Notes: generated by a model not told the origin, from the sequence alone. DNA of 63,127 bases, filler included, from Reticulomyxa filosa (GCA_000512085.1; 24 parts of 24 records of this genome joined end to end with filler, not necessarily neighbours in it); one strand, 5' to 3'. Positions 1-13,513 are shown, numbered from the whole stretch's first letter. A program made the numbers and translations.

Positions 1-2406
1 ACGTTACCATGTGGTTAGAATGATTCAAAATGTTTCAATTTTCACTTTAATCTAAACCAACAAAATCATTTCACTTTTCTTAAAATTTACTTTCTGCTCA
101 ATGTTCTCTACATCATTATAACTTTCAACTAAATTCAATTTAATTATTGCCCACATTTATTGATAGTGAAATAATGTCTAAATTTTTAACAAAATAAAAG
201 CAATACAAATACTTTGACTTGTTAATCTTCAATGTAATGGATCATATTCAAGATTGTTTGTTTTTGTACATTAATCAAATTGAACATTTAAAGTTAGATT
301 TACAAGATTTTTTATTAAAATGGTATAATCACTTTTTGTGCAAAATCCTAAATAAAGTTATCTGAATAAATAAACTTTCCGTTTGGAGTTTAGAGGGACG
401 AGAATATTTCAGAAAAAGCAAAAAAAACTTGATGATGTACATTAAAAAAAATGCGTGAAATACATTTCAGCCAAAAAAAAGTTGCAAATATAGATGAATA
501 TGATGGTATGGATACGCAATTACCTAGGAATATGCTCGCAGTCCTCGAATATCAATCCATGGAAAGACTGGAACACAAAAAAAGCGTTCTCGAGGGGATC
601 CTTCACGTCGACACGTATCCCCGTACGACAGTGAGAGATCTGTTGAAATTGTTGTATAAAAAAGGAGAAGCGGAGGAAATCAAAGCAGATAGTGAAGATA
701 AAGAAACATCATCCAATCATCTAGCAAACTATCAACTTCCTCCAGTAGAAAAAAGAACAAAAGAAAATACATAATGACAAAAATCAGAAGCAAACAATCT
801 AAATCGACATGATAGCACATCCAAATCAAAATTGACATAAGAGAAAATACAAGAAATTCGCGAAACTATGCGAAAAGAAACAGATTTGGGACATGTTCAA
901 ATTGATCTATTGATTTAGTTGTAGTGTTTTTATATGTATTATTTGTACGTATTTCAATATCATTAATATACACACTCGCATATTACGAAGGAGTTTTGAA
1001 AACTGTTTAAAAATAAAATAAAATAAATAAATGAAAAAAAAGCATATTCGGCAATTGGAAAAGTATTTGGATGAACATATAACAAAATTCAATTATTACA
1101 ACAACGACTCCAAAGACAAACTAATCAAGGCCAATAAAGCTGATCGAGAATACCAAGTGCGCCGAAGATGATGAAAGTGATGAAGATGATGATAGTGATG
1201 ATAATGATGAAGATATTCTTCGAAAAATAGAAATTGCTGCGATTGTAAAAGGTTATCTTACAGAGTCATTTCGATATAAACATGATATTCCTGAAATAAA
1301 AATATTCATTGGATCTGATGCAGAAAAGCTCCCATTAATCATACGATATTTGATCAGAAGATTATTCCCCCCAAAACTTAACTTTTTGCTTGTTTCTTAT
1401 CTTCTTTCGCGAAAGGAGTACTCATTCGTAAATCTTTCTAGTCAATATCTGCTTTTAAAAAAGGTAAATATAATTTTGTGTTATACATTAGCACAATTTG
1501 CAGTATCTTTCGCTTTTGATGAAAGATTACGAAGATTTTCGAAGAAAAAATTGCTTCTTTGTTGTTCGCTAAACTCGAAGTGCACATCATATACATCACA
1601 AAATTTACATAGTTACTTTCGTTTTAGATTAAAGAAACTCAATAATATTCGAAGAAAAAATATATTCGTAGTTATTCGCGCAAATCTGAAGTGCACATAA
1701 AACAATTTTTTATTTTGTTAAATTTTCGGTTTGTATGTTTATAATATAAGTTTTTATCACTTTTTAGATTGAATACGACAAAGCAAATTTTCGAACAATT
1801 CAGCATACGACGAAGCCTTTTTACAATGGATTTAGTTAAAAAGCGAAGTTTGTTTTGATTACATCAAAAGGTGTGTTGGTGCAAGAAATATTTAATTTTT
1901 TTATTTATTCAAAGATTGAGAAAAATTTTCTATATTAAAAAAAAATTTATTTTGAAACTTTATGTTTTAAAAACATTCACCAAGTCACAACATCTTTTTA
2001 GGTTTTAAAAAGTTACAAAAATAAGGATGTATATTTTATTTTTTCAATATACAAATAATTTTAAAAAATCATAAGTTTGCAACCATTTAATTGCTACTAT
2101 TGTTGCGTTAATTTACTGTAGACAAAAATGTAGAGAAAGAATCATAACAACAAAAAATTAATCAAAAGAAGAAAGCTCAGTACTGTTTATGTCATGAAAA
2201 GTTTTAACTACAGATGTAATAATTTAAATCCAATTCATGTACTATGTAATTATGCAGCGAAGGACTTTACACGCAAAATAAATTTTAATGGTAAACATCA
2301 GATGACAAATTTTCTTTATTTTTGAATGTGCAAAAGTAACATTATCATGTGAAAAATGCAGAACATTTTACAACTATAAAATTTGGTTTCACGTTTTTGA
2401 AATGTA

Positions 2407-3566
2407 TTATGGTTTCTTGCTGCCTGCTGCCGACTTTAAAGTATCGGCCATTTTCTTGTCTCTTGCCTTAATTTCAGCATCAGTGACACGCATTCCATTA
2501 ACAATTTCTTTTGTTTTTTGGAAATACACACCTTCAATGGTGTTTCGTAAATCCAGTTCCAAGTCTTCCAGCATTTCACCCATTATTTCCAAATGCGATT
2601 GCTTTTGCTCGCCAAAGGATCTCAACGTTTGTGTCTGTTGGAATTTGTGGGAATCTTAGAAAGTTCAATGATCTTTTGAAGATGAAATACAACACAAATA
2701 AAACCTTAGAAGCTTGCTTCGAAAGCGAACCAGACAAATCAATATCACCCAATCCTTTCAATTGCAAAGGCATTGAGACTAATACTGTTGATGTTAGACG
2801 ATATTCATATGTATCTTTTTGGGCTTGGTTTTTTACTTCAAATACATGAACACTGCTCCATGAACCTTTGAATCCTTGTAAATCTTTATCACCTTGTGCC
2901 TCTGTTTATTAAAATTGAAACACACAAATAAAAATTATTTATTTTTTAAAAATCATTTTTTTTTTTTTTTTTAACCTTTTTGAATGCAAAAACAAGCAGC
3001 AAAGCCAGCATCCAAATCCCACATATACACACTGGAAACACCACCCTCAAAATATGCATGTCGATAATGATCAAACACTTCATTTGCCTATACATAATTT
3101 TAAATAATAAAAAAGTTCATTTAGAACACATTTCAAAATCTTTTTTTTTTAATAGTATACGTAAAAAAAAAGGGTATCAAACATAAAATAATATTCTATT
3201 AACTTCCAATTCTAATTTTCTCAAGTTCTCTGAAGGTCTCAAACATTCGTCACCATCTTCAATTGACGGAAAATATTCGTTTGACCAAGGGCTTCGATAG
3301 GAATCTCCATCGCGGTTATAATCACACAGGATAAATTGTTTTCCTGTCTTCGTATCTTTGTCCTATTTTTTGTATTCTTTTTTTGTTGTCACATAAGTGT
3401 GCTTGCCTTTGTGTGTAATTCTCACCAATTCCAATGGAGTATCAACACGTTGGCAGAGCTCCTCGTCTAAGTCCAAACGTAACGCGATCAGTCTTTCCAA
3501 ATTGTCCACAACATCACTTGGTGGAGTTCTTCGCAAAATGTTCAAACAATGCTTGACATCTGTCAT
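2407..3566 (-). CDS. CAPZB: F-actin capping protein beta subunit (about 5 exons)
   Basis: Spliced translation [16 protein letters not shown]...RVDTPLEL / [19 protein letters not shown] / [26 protein letters not shown] / [11 protein letters not shown]...LSGSLSKQ / [14 protein letters not shown]...[10 protein letters not shown]; GT-AG introns. Confidence 0.95.
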
Positions 3567-4392
3567 GTCTCCTTTTGCTGAAGTTTTCAAATGGAAATGA
3601 TCTTAATTTCAAAATTTTTCCAACAGGGTAAACTACCTTTTTTTTGGCCACGCTTAGATCAAGTGCAAGTGAATCACAACGAAGTAATACAAAGCTTTCT
3701 TGAAGTCAGTTTATTTATAAATAAAAACAAATTTATGTTAACACTTCAGTTTGTTCGCCCATAATGCTATTGACATATTTTTAAAAAACTAACAGTGATG
3801 GCTAACTGTTTTTAGAACATCAACAATTTGGCGATTTGTCAATGCATTTTTATCGCATTAATTGGCTTGTGCCATTGAACAAAATGATACTTCTCTTCAG
3901 TAAAAGAAAAGCAAAGAAAAATATAGCATTCCAAGTATTTTGTTAGCAATTCTAGTGTAACAGCAACACGTGATTTTTAGAAGTATACCGTACAGTTGTA
4001 ACGACGGTGATACCCTTGTTAAAAAAGTGCAATTTTATATTTTGAAAAGGCTTAATATCTGGTATAATTTTTTCCTGTTCTTCTCATTAACTGATCCATA
4101 TATTTTGTCATTACATCTGCCAGGTGAAAAAGTAAAGGAAATGGCAACCCAAAAGAATACACTATGTCTGTTTGTTCCTGCAAAATGCACAAACAAGAGA
4201 ACAGTTTGCGTTTTTTTAGTTTTTGACCAAACAAAAAAAACTTGAGATTTAAACATTTAGGGGATGCAAAGTAAAAGTAAAGATCCAATTTATTTGAATG
4301 ATAGTGAGAAGAATTTGATTACCTATTGTAATACAAACAATCTTCATCACATTTGTTTACCTTGTATTGATGAAGTTGGACTTCGTGGAGGG

Positions 4393-5555
4393 ATGAATGT
4401 ACAATCTAAAGTGCAGCATGTGGCTCTGGTAAATTATGCTACGTGAAGAACCAATTTTTTTTTACCTAAATAAACACATTTAACAAAAATATCTATTTTT
4501 AAAAAATAGAAAAATAAAGAGATTGGAATTATTGTAGAAAATTGGATTCGCTTTTTTTTGATCAAGTTGGGATGGATTGATGAATTTAATAGAATTATTG
4601 CACGATATGTGTGTATCTTTTATGACATATTTGTTAATTAAATGTAGCTACTATCAATCAAACAAACTTACAGGCCGGTTTTCAGCAAATAAGGGTATTC
4701 CAGGGACACTCAAACACTGTGGCAAGCATAAAATTTTCTCCTGATGGTAATACAATTGTTTCTGCGTCCGATGATAAGACTATTCGGATATGGGATATCG
4801 CATCTGGAAGAGAAATTCAAAATATGAAAGGACATATGCTTTGGGTCAATTACGCAGAATTTTCACCTGATGGTACTATGATCGTATCTTGTTCTGGTGA
4901 CACAACAATTCGATTGTGGGACACCAAATCTGGAACAGAATTAGCAATATTGGAAGGACATTCAGGTGGTGTAACAACTGTCCAATTTTCACCAGATGGC
5001 CAATCAATTGTGTCTGGTTCATGGGATAGAACAATTCGATTATGGGACGTGCAATCTGGAGATGAATTGAAAATTCTTGAAGGACATTCAAGTGTGATCA
5101 ATAATGTCCGTTTTTCGCCAAATGGCGCAACAATCGTATCTTCTTCTTGCGACAAAACGATTGCAATATGGGATGTGGAATCGGGTGAAATATTGCATAC
5201 ATTAACAGGACATACAACTTTTATCGAAAAAGTACAATTTTCACCAGATAGTCTTTCAATTGTGTCATGTTCAGGTGATCATTCAATTCGAATATGGGAT
5301 ATAGCTTCAAAACACGAAGTAAGAAGATTTAACGGTCATACAAGCGGAGTAACTGATGTCCGGTATTCGTATGATGGCCGAACAATTGTTTCATGTTCTT
5401 ATGATAAAACTATTCGGTGGTGGGATGCTGAAACAGGAAAAGAATTGCAGAAGATGCAAGGACACTGTGACAATATTACAGGAGTAGATATTTCGTTAGA
5501 TGGAAGCAAAATAGTATCATCTTCTGTTGATAAAACAATTCGGTTATGGGGGTAA
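4393..5555 (+). CDS. WD40-repeat protein (about 7 repeats) with a short spliced N-terminal leader
   Basis: Tandem GH..V..V.FSPDG..IVS.S.D.TIRLWD repeats at 4700-5555; upstream exons 4393-4428 and 4510-4608 (KNKEIGIIVENWIRFFLIKLGWIDEFNRIIARY) splice in frame. Confidence 0.93.
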
Positions 5556-6418
5556 ATATCTATAACAAAAACTTTTTACTAGCAAACTCTTGGAGACAAT
5601 ATTAAAGAAAATATGAAATATTTGTTTTATGAAAAATCATAAGTAAAGTAGTATTACCATCTTTTTTTCAAAATGAAAAGTGGAAAAAAGATAATAATAT
5701 TAGCTCGAAAAATATCGAGTGTGATTGAATAAACACAAGCTTGAAGAAACAAGTCTTTACGTTTGACTTTTTTATAAACAAAAATAGTCACGACACACGA
5801 AAATAGCACTTTATGAAGATATCAATTTTCTAAATGAAAAACAAATATTTCAATAAATATTAGTGCAAATTATATGCATTATTGCAAAATTTTCCAAAAT
5901 CATGAAAAAATGACGTTTTACAATAAAAGGATTGTTAAAAAACTAATTTTATAATTTGTAAAGAAACTAATACATACTTTTAGATTCATGGAATTATAAA
6001 CTACACGTGAGAATAAGTCATCTTATAAATCACTACTTGTAGGCACTTGTATATTAAAAATAGTTTGGCTGTTGAACTTTTTTGACTACTTTTTTTTAAC
6101 TCATTGTATGGTTCTCCAAGATAAAGTTACCGTTTTGCTATTCAATAATTAACATTATAATTAATTTTATTTATGCAATTAATTCACATCTCAAAAGTTT
6201 TGCTTATTTTTTTGTTATTAAGAAACTACGAAGCTGTGAGAAGTGAAAATGTAACGTAGTGAAAAAATAAATTCAACATGATGTACTATACCTTAAACAA
6301 AGGAACTTAAAAATAACACAATTACCAATATTTCCTTTTTTAGATGAAAACCTAACTAAAAAAATGTATTTGTACACATCCATACTTAAACACGAATTTG
6401 ACCTTTCTTGAGTCATAA

Positions 6419-6518
6419 NNNNNNNNNNNNNNNNNNNNNNNNNNNNNNNNNNNNNNNNNNNNTTAATTAATTAANNNNNNNNNNNNNNNNNNNNNNNNNN
6501 NNNNNNNNNNNNNNNNNN
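6419..6518. other. Artificial contig linker (44 N + TTAATTAATTAA + 44 N). It recurs starting at about 7942, 11550, 13414, 14879, 18210, 19621, 23450, 26142, 27760, 36154, 41807, 42907, 44586, 46398, 47793, 49158, 50506, 53011, 55830, 58157, 60342 and 61505
   Basis: Identical 100-nt pattern with stops in all six frames; genes are cut off abruptly at each copy. Confidence 0.98.
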
Positions 6519-7559
6519 AAAAAAAAATAAAAAAAAAAAAAAAAAAAAAAAAAAAACAACAACATACCTTTGGTAGGTCTTCTCAATCTTGACATATGCG
6601 CAACCATAAAAAAGCCAAAAACTTCCATGATTCCCCATTCCATCCTGCCGATGACGTTTTGGTAAGGGGCGGTAAAGGAGAGTGAGGAGTGCAAATGTTG
6701 AATGTACCAAGATAATGTATACGACAAGAGTGCAATGATGACCAGCAACACAAACAAGATGATAGACAATTTGGCGGTTTCTTTGGCGACAACGGTGCGG
6801 GATACTTCAGTGAAGCCAGCATGTTTTTGCGACTTTTCCGCGATCCAAGTGAAGAACGATGCAATAATGAACACACACAGCAACACCACGATCGCTGACA
6901 GTATGCGGATGCTGTTCGCCACTGAACTCCCGAGTATGTCCTTTGCATTGTTTCCTATGTCGTATTTCACCAACAACATTACCATCGGTGCCCACACCGA
7001 TGCCAGCACTATCACCACAAATATACTCCACAGCATCCAATCCAATTTCGTCACGTGCGCTCGAAACCACTTGCGGAAAGGCGCAAATGGGCTTGAAGTA
7101 TTCGAGTAAGCATTCACGATCTAACAAAATTTCGCATCCCATTCCATTCCATCCCCCCCCCCCCCATCCCACCATTACCTTCTTAAAAAAAAAAAAAAAA
7201 TGGATGCTTAAAAAAATATGCCAAACTCGTTGGGTGATTAAAATAATTGCAAGATGCTCAAATATTAACCAAATCGTTTGAAACACCCAATATACACAAC
7301 TTGTGATTAATGTCAATTCTCCACTTGGCTCGTTCATCACTAAACACAAGACCAACAAATGGAACAACGAAAATATCACTCCCGACACACGCGTCGCTTT
7401 TAGCCATTTGTCGTTTGTTTTCGCGAAATGTGGGTCGCTGTTGTACTTTCTATTGAACGACACTCGCGACCTACGCACAAACGTTATTACCAACACGAAA
7501 TCGAGCAAAATAACAAGACTCCCCAACGCTACACCCACTATCTTGCTCAAATTTGGCAT
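6519..7559 (-). CDS. Seven-transmembrane (GPCR-like topology) membrane protein, 3' end truncated
   Basis: ORFs 6807-7562 and 6467-7117 join through a GT-AG intron (ITQR|IVNAYS), giving 7 hydrophobic helices. Confidence 0.6.
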
Positions 7560-8041
7560 CACCTAAAGTTAGATAGCCTAACCCAAGAAACTAAAATATA
7601 AAAAGAAAAGAAAATTGGAATCAGGGAACTGCCAAACAAGCAAGTACATTTTTAAAAATTGATTGCTCGGAGCTTGCTGTTTCATTTCTTCTTTCGTCAA
7701 TGCAAAAAAGATCAATTATGTATTAGAAAAAGCCGAGAAGGTGATCATTTTATTCGGAACTAATCCCATATTGAGGAAATGAAAGTGAAGGAAAAAAACA
7801 ACTAAAAAATATAAATCACCTGTTTGAACGTTCCAAGATAAAGAACAGAAAACAATAAAAATTTTGATTGAATGAATTAAAAATGTAAATTGATTAAAAA
7901 AAAAAAAAAAGAGGTGCTTTTTAAAAAAAAAATGTAGCACGNNNNNNNNNNNNNNNNNNNNNNNNNNNNNNNNNNNNNNNNNNNNTTAATTAATTAANNN
8001 NNNNNNNNNNNNNNNNNNNNNNNNNNNNNNNNNNNNNNNNN

Positions 8042-10480
8042 TCTGCAATCGACCGATTGACTAATAGGGTAGACATTATGTTACAAGGAATTGCAAGAGA
8101 AAAAAAAAGTGGAGATTAGATGATGCAGCGGAATTATATGATGCCTGCATCAAATATGGTAGGGATGTGATCGGAGACATATTGAAGTTGGAATTGATCA
8201 TTGAAAGCGAAGACAAGTTCAAGGAATTTGCGACGAATGAATTGTGTATGGGCATGGAAAAATTTGATTTTACCATTGAAAACGTTGGAGGGGTCTCGAC
8301 AAAAGAAATCGCCACTTGGCAACGATATTGCGCCAAGCGCATCCCCTGATACAGGAGAGCATATGGATGAAGCATTTTAAAACCATGACTGCATTGGCCA
8401 TGGCACTGCTGCAGCTTCCCAACCAACAGATCAACCTTTGTGATATTGTTAGGGGAGTGTTTGCATAACAAGTGCTTGCCATCGGCATTCCAAAATCTGA
8501 TAGAGAATGGGGTCAGCTGCGATTGAGGCATGACTATGATCAATTCCAAGAAACATCGCAATTGGCAAGTGGATGTTTGAAGAATCACAATTCATTTATG
8601 GAAAAGAAGACAGTCGTCAGTCCGCAAGTCGAAATAGCAATGCGGAGATCAGAGATTGGAAAAACATGGCTTACAAAGGATTAACATTGCAAATTGGAGC
8701 CAGACATTTGAGTTGCGACGAAGTAGAGTATATCGATTGACGCTTGGATTGGCGGATGAACAAAGACAAAACAATCGAGTCCATTGTTTTTTGCAATATG
8801 ATATTTGCAAAGAGATCTATTCACTTCGGTTGGATTATTGGGAAAAAGGTGGACGTTTGGAAACATCATCATTCAAACTGACTGCCAACGAGTCCATTCA
8901 AAAACTTTGCGACAATGCAAAAAGCAATGGAAAATATGATCTGACAAATGGAAGAAAGTGTGTCGAGGATTGAGAGAAAATCTTACATTGCCTTGACATA
9001 TTTCACAATAAATGAAGCACAAAGCTTAATCCAGAGTTTCAAAAGCATCTGTTCTTTCGAAGATGGATATCGCTACATTTTGGCTTCTAAATTCATTTTG
9101 CCATTTTTACAGAGGCTGGATTCGAGTCTGCAAGATGCCCTTCCCATCGTGTACGAATGAGAACAAATTTTGATCAAAGTATCAGAAACGGCGATCACAA
9201 CAGGCTGTTAAAAAAACTTGGAGCTATTTTAACAAGTATTTGGAACAAATCAAAGCATAATACCAACGTGACAAAAGAGTATTCGAAAATCAGTACCTTG
9301 AAACGAGGCCAACCCAATTTATTTATTTTCAAAGACAATGGACAGCTAAACATTGTTATCAATCTATTCCAATCACTTGCAATGCTGCCACGAGTAGAGA
9401 ACGTATTGATTTGCAAAGAAACAACGACGGAAGAAGAAGTGAAATGCACATTGGTCAGGGCCTTGTACTGCGCGCAATTACGAAAGCAGGATTGTTTGTA
9501 CTGTTTGGTTTGGCCCGAAAAATTGCGAATGGTAGTATTGATCAAAGTCGTTCAATGTTTTCAAGAGCTATTCTTGAGTCCATCCAAATCTATATGTAAC
9601 TTCTCTTATTTGTTCGTGGTTGTATCCTCGGATGAACACAACGATTTGACACGTGTTTTGCAACGCCTTCAATCGAATACCAGAGCGTCCTTCCATTATA
9701 TCCTTGATATAAGTCAGAATTTGTATTGTAACTCGTTGAGCACATTTTTAACATACAACAACAAACCTAAACCCTTTGTTCAGTTGTATCGATCTGACAT
9801 TGTTGGTATGTGCAAAACGTGGATAATCAATCGCGACACTGAAAAGCTTAAAAAAATTATTACTAAACATGTCAGACACACTTGTGTGCGGTTTAACAGC
9901 AGTGAAATCGATTGGGAATGGATCATCCGCGACCTTTGGCAACATCATCCATGTTAAGTGGGCAAATATGATATTCCTCGGCTGAATGCTAAACAAGAAT
10001 ATGTGAAGTACTCTGATCAGGATTGCATTATTGTCTATCACTTGGATGTCTCGTCTTGCGTCAATAGAAAGATCAATGATTTGCTTTTCCAATTGTTTTT
10101 TTTGCGACACATTGATACACATTCCTCCAGCTTTCATGTTAATCCAAACATGGTCTTCTTCGTCGAACTGCCATCCAAATTTGATGATGTCCAAGCCTTG
10201 TACACTCTATTTTCTGGAATTAATTTCCCATTGGTCTCTGTTGACAAAGCAAGCAATCCCTTTTTATATGAAGAGAAAGATCAATATTGTCTGAAATGGA
10301 TGAAAGAGTATTATTCCGATAATCTAAAGTTTGGAGTCATTATCGACATATACGTATGCATACACACCATTACGCATAATTTAAAAAAACTTGTATACAC
10401 ACGAAAAAAATACTCCAGAAAAAAATTGGGCAAATTAGCCGTTGATACGAACATCCCAAGCAAATGAAACAAAGTCAGAC
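8042..10480 (+). pseudogene. RNF213/mysterin-like giant AAA+ ATPase fragment with stops and frameshifts
   Basis: Ordered motifs RKSYIALTYFT, LKKLGAIL..LKRGQPNL, LPRVENVLICKETTTEEEV, LYCLVWPEKL, SDIVGMCKT (degenerate Walker A), IVYHLDVSS..LLFQLFFLRHID, VFFVELP match the RNF213 stalk-to-AAA1 region; in-frame TAA at 9955-9957. Confidence 0.75.
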
Positions 10481-11241
10481 CATGATCCTAACAAAGTGAC
10501 TAATTTGTCACAGTTAGCGTGCACCATTCGAAAAAAAGGTGCTGTCATTGCAGCCCAAACAAATACGCTTGTCTATTGTGGCCTCTCCTCTCTCCTAACA
10601 TTGACAACATTCGGTTTGCTATTGTATATCTATCGCCACGGTCGAAGCGATGACACCAATTTCATGTATCATGCGCTTTCGCAACAAACAACAAACTGAA
10701 TATGAAAAAGAAAAACTCGTCTTGGACGCTACGCCATTGCCTTGGATTTTTTTTTAATTTCTTTTTTGTTTTGTTGTGGATTAGAATTTGATTTTTTGTT
10801 TCATTGTTCGTATCACTTTTTGCTTTCATTCTTTTTTTAGTTTGAATTTGTGCATCCCAATATGTGAACAACTCAAATACTCTTGCATGGACTTGACCTT
10901 CTAATGTAGTAACTCGTTCAAAAGACATTTTGTTTACAATGGACACACATAAAAAATTTGACATTTGAATAGAGAGAACGGAATACAAACACAAATAATC
11001 ATACGGCTGACTTTATAAAAAAAATTTCTTTTTTTATAAACCTTTTACAATTAACTAAAATGGCCAGTAAATTACAAGAATTTTTCCCAATTGAAAGACG
11101 AAAAAAAGATAGTTTGATGTGATGCATTCAAAAAATGTCAAACAATAAAATGTAAGTTGAACGTTAAGAAAAAGGATAGTGTACTAAAAACAAGAAGAAA
11201 AGGAGAAGAGAGGGAAGGAAGGACTAATCCACACACTCACG

Positions 11242-11445
11242 CTATATATCACCGAGTATCTTTGGTAAAATTGAAATCCATTGTTTGAATTCAATCGAGT
11301 TTTGCAAGCGAAACTCGATGACAGTTTCGACTTGATTGTAATCAATGGTGACCAATTCGAAACAATTTAGATCGTTGTTACAATTTCGAACCCCACGAGT
11401 GCAGCTCTGCAAGTCGATTATTTTCCTTGGCTGTCCAGCGTCACA
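11242..11445 (-). CDS. Last exon of a PH-domain protein
   Basis: CDAGQPRKIIDLQSC...CFELVT...EFRLQNSIEFKQWISIL* fits PH beta3 to the C-terminal Trp helix; preceded by an ..aacag acceptor. Confidence 0.65.
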   Translation of the reverse strand, partial: CDAGQPRKIIDLQSCTRGVRNCNNDLNCFELVTIDYNQVETVIEFRLQNSIEFKQWISILPKILGDI

Positions 11446-11662
11446 CTGTTATGAAACAGCAGCATAACAAACACAAACAACTTAAAAAAAAAGGTACATG
11501 GCATTATCGTTTCTCTAATATATACATGTATACACATATACATATATGCNNNNNNNNNNNNNNNNNNNNNNNNNNNNNNNNNNNNNNNNNNNNTTAATTA
11601 ATTAANNNNNNNNNNNNNNNNNNNNNNNNNNNNNNNNNNNNNNNNNNNNTTTTTTGCCCCCC

Positions 11663-11693
<31 letters not shown>

Positions 11694-11720
11694 AACATAC
11701 TCAATGACCATTGAAGAAAA

Positions 11721-13232
11721 GGCAAGATTTTGTTTGTTGTTTGCCTGTTTGCGATGGAACACAAATTCGAAGAGCTTGCAAAGGGATGGGACGACTTGGC
11801 CTTCTTTGACGCGTTTTTAGCTTTCTTCGTGGTATTCATTGGGGACTGGCAGAACTTTTATCACGCTCACTCTCCGGACACACCGATCCCACCTTTTCAA
11901 CTGGCCACCGAAGAAGTCCAATACAAAATGTTGGCCGACATGATTAAAGCGGGACATCCTTTGGCTAAGAAGATACAATCAGAAGGACTCAATCCCACCA
12001 CTTCTACTACGACGACTAATACTAATGCTGCTAGTACTGGTACTACTGCAACAACAACAGCAACGACAATAGCAACAACAACAACAACAACAACAACAGC
12101 TACAGCGCCTGCAACGCCAAGTGCAAAGTCGAGAGTATGGACAGAAGAGTTTGAGGTAGCACCGATAGACAATGACGAGCGCGTGTTTAGTCAGAGCATG
12201 CATTCGATGTCCTCGCCCAAGCTGGCAAGCAAGGCGGCGGAGGAACATCAGCATAGCGGTGCATCGATGAGCATGAGCGCAATCTCTCCGTCGGCCTCTT
12301 CCTCTTCCTCTTCCTCCCCCTCTCTAAACCTTGGCAACAAGACGTCGTCTTCGATTGGAGGCAAGTATATGGACGGACTCAAGTCTTGGGGCGGGAAGAT
12401 CTACAAAGCGGCGGCCAACACGGTCACGTCAAAAAACGGAGCCAACGACAATGACGACGACTTTGTGGACACTCCGGACAATGACAACAATGGTGGTAAG
12501 TCCGGTCGTCAAAAAGATCGATCAAAAAAACAAGAGACGCGCTACTCCTACGACGAAGAGGCGCTCAAATTTTTAGGCCAATTTTGCCATAGTCAGTTGT
12601 TTCAAACTTGGTTCGTCCGACAACAAGAAAATGCTAGCACTAAATTAAATGCAATACAAGTTTGTATCTTTACATATATATATATATATGTGTACATATA
12701 CATTCTATTGTTGTTTGTGGCTTGATATAAATAAATACTTAAATACAAACAAAAGGATCGGTTTGATTATGCAATTCAAAATCGACCCCAGTTTGGAGGC
12801 TCATCTTATTCTGGCTGCTTCAAATTCCTCAGGGGCGCGACTCTGTCTCGTGAAAATATCATGACACTGACGATCAATTTGAAGTCATATATCGAGGATA
12901 CTGCCGCGTTGACGTCGAACAAAGAGCTGGACGAGTTTGTCAAGTCCAAGGAAAAACGAGCCCATCACTTGGCCTTGGGCGCGTACGACCCTCGTGTCTT
13001 CAACGCCTTGAATAACCTGTTGGACTACCGCTTAAAAGACACTGCAGGCAAAAACTATCCCCATGGGTCGATGGCACTCTTCTTGCTTCAGATTCTCTTG
13101 GAAAAATCCACCGATCGATATATCATTGCCACTGCCAATGTTTTCTTCCCATTGATTGCCGAATTGCGAAATTATAAAAATCCTAATGAACATGCGCAGT
13201 CAGAGTTCAATTCTTGCCACACATATCAATAA
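11721..13232 (+). CDS. Partial DENN-family protein: dDENN split by a low-complexity insert, then an ENTH-like domain
   Basis: FFDAFLAFFVVFIGDWQNF ... FLGQFCHSQLFQTWF (dDENN); then ALGAYDPRVFNALNNLLDYRLKDTAGKNYPHGSMALFLLQILLEKSTDR (ENTH-like). Confidence 0.6.
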
Positions 13233-13374
13233 ATATATGTATATGTATACGTATATGTATATACATGCATATAATCCTAACACTCTTGCTTCTCTTACTA
13301 ATTCATTGGATCTTGGTTTTTGTTAATTTTTACAAACACACTGGGTCCAACAAGATGCAATGGAAATAGAAAAT

Positions 13375-13413
<39 letters not shown>

Positions 13414-13513
13414 NNNNNNNNNNNNNNNNNNNNNNNNNNNNNNNNNNNNNNNNNNNNTTAATTAATTAANNNNNNNNNNNNNNNNNNNNNNNNNNNNNNN
13501 NNNNNNNNNNNNN

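Noticed and set aside
451-1700. Possible viral or transposon relic
   Set aside because: Short charged frames with no recognisable motif or terminal repeats
8042-10480. Stop-codon reassignment suggested by the in-frame TAA at 9955 and several TGA
   Set aside because: Conserved genes here end normally at TAA or TGA and lack internal stops; this region also has frameshifts and a broken Walker A, as expected of a pseudogene
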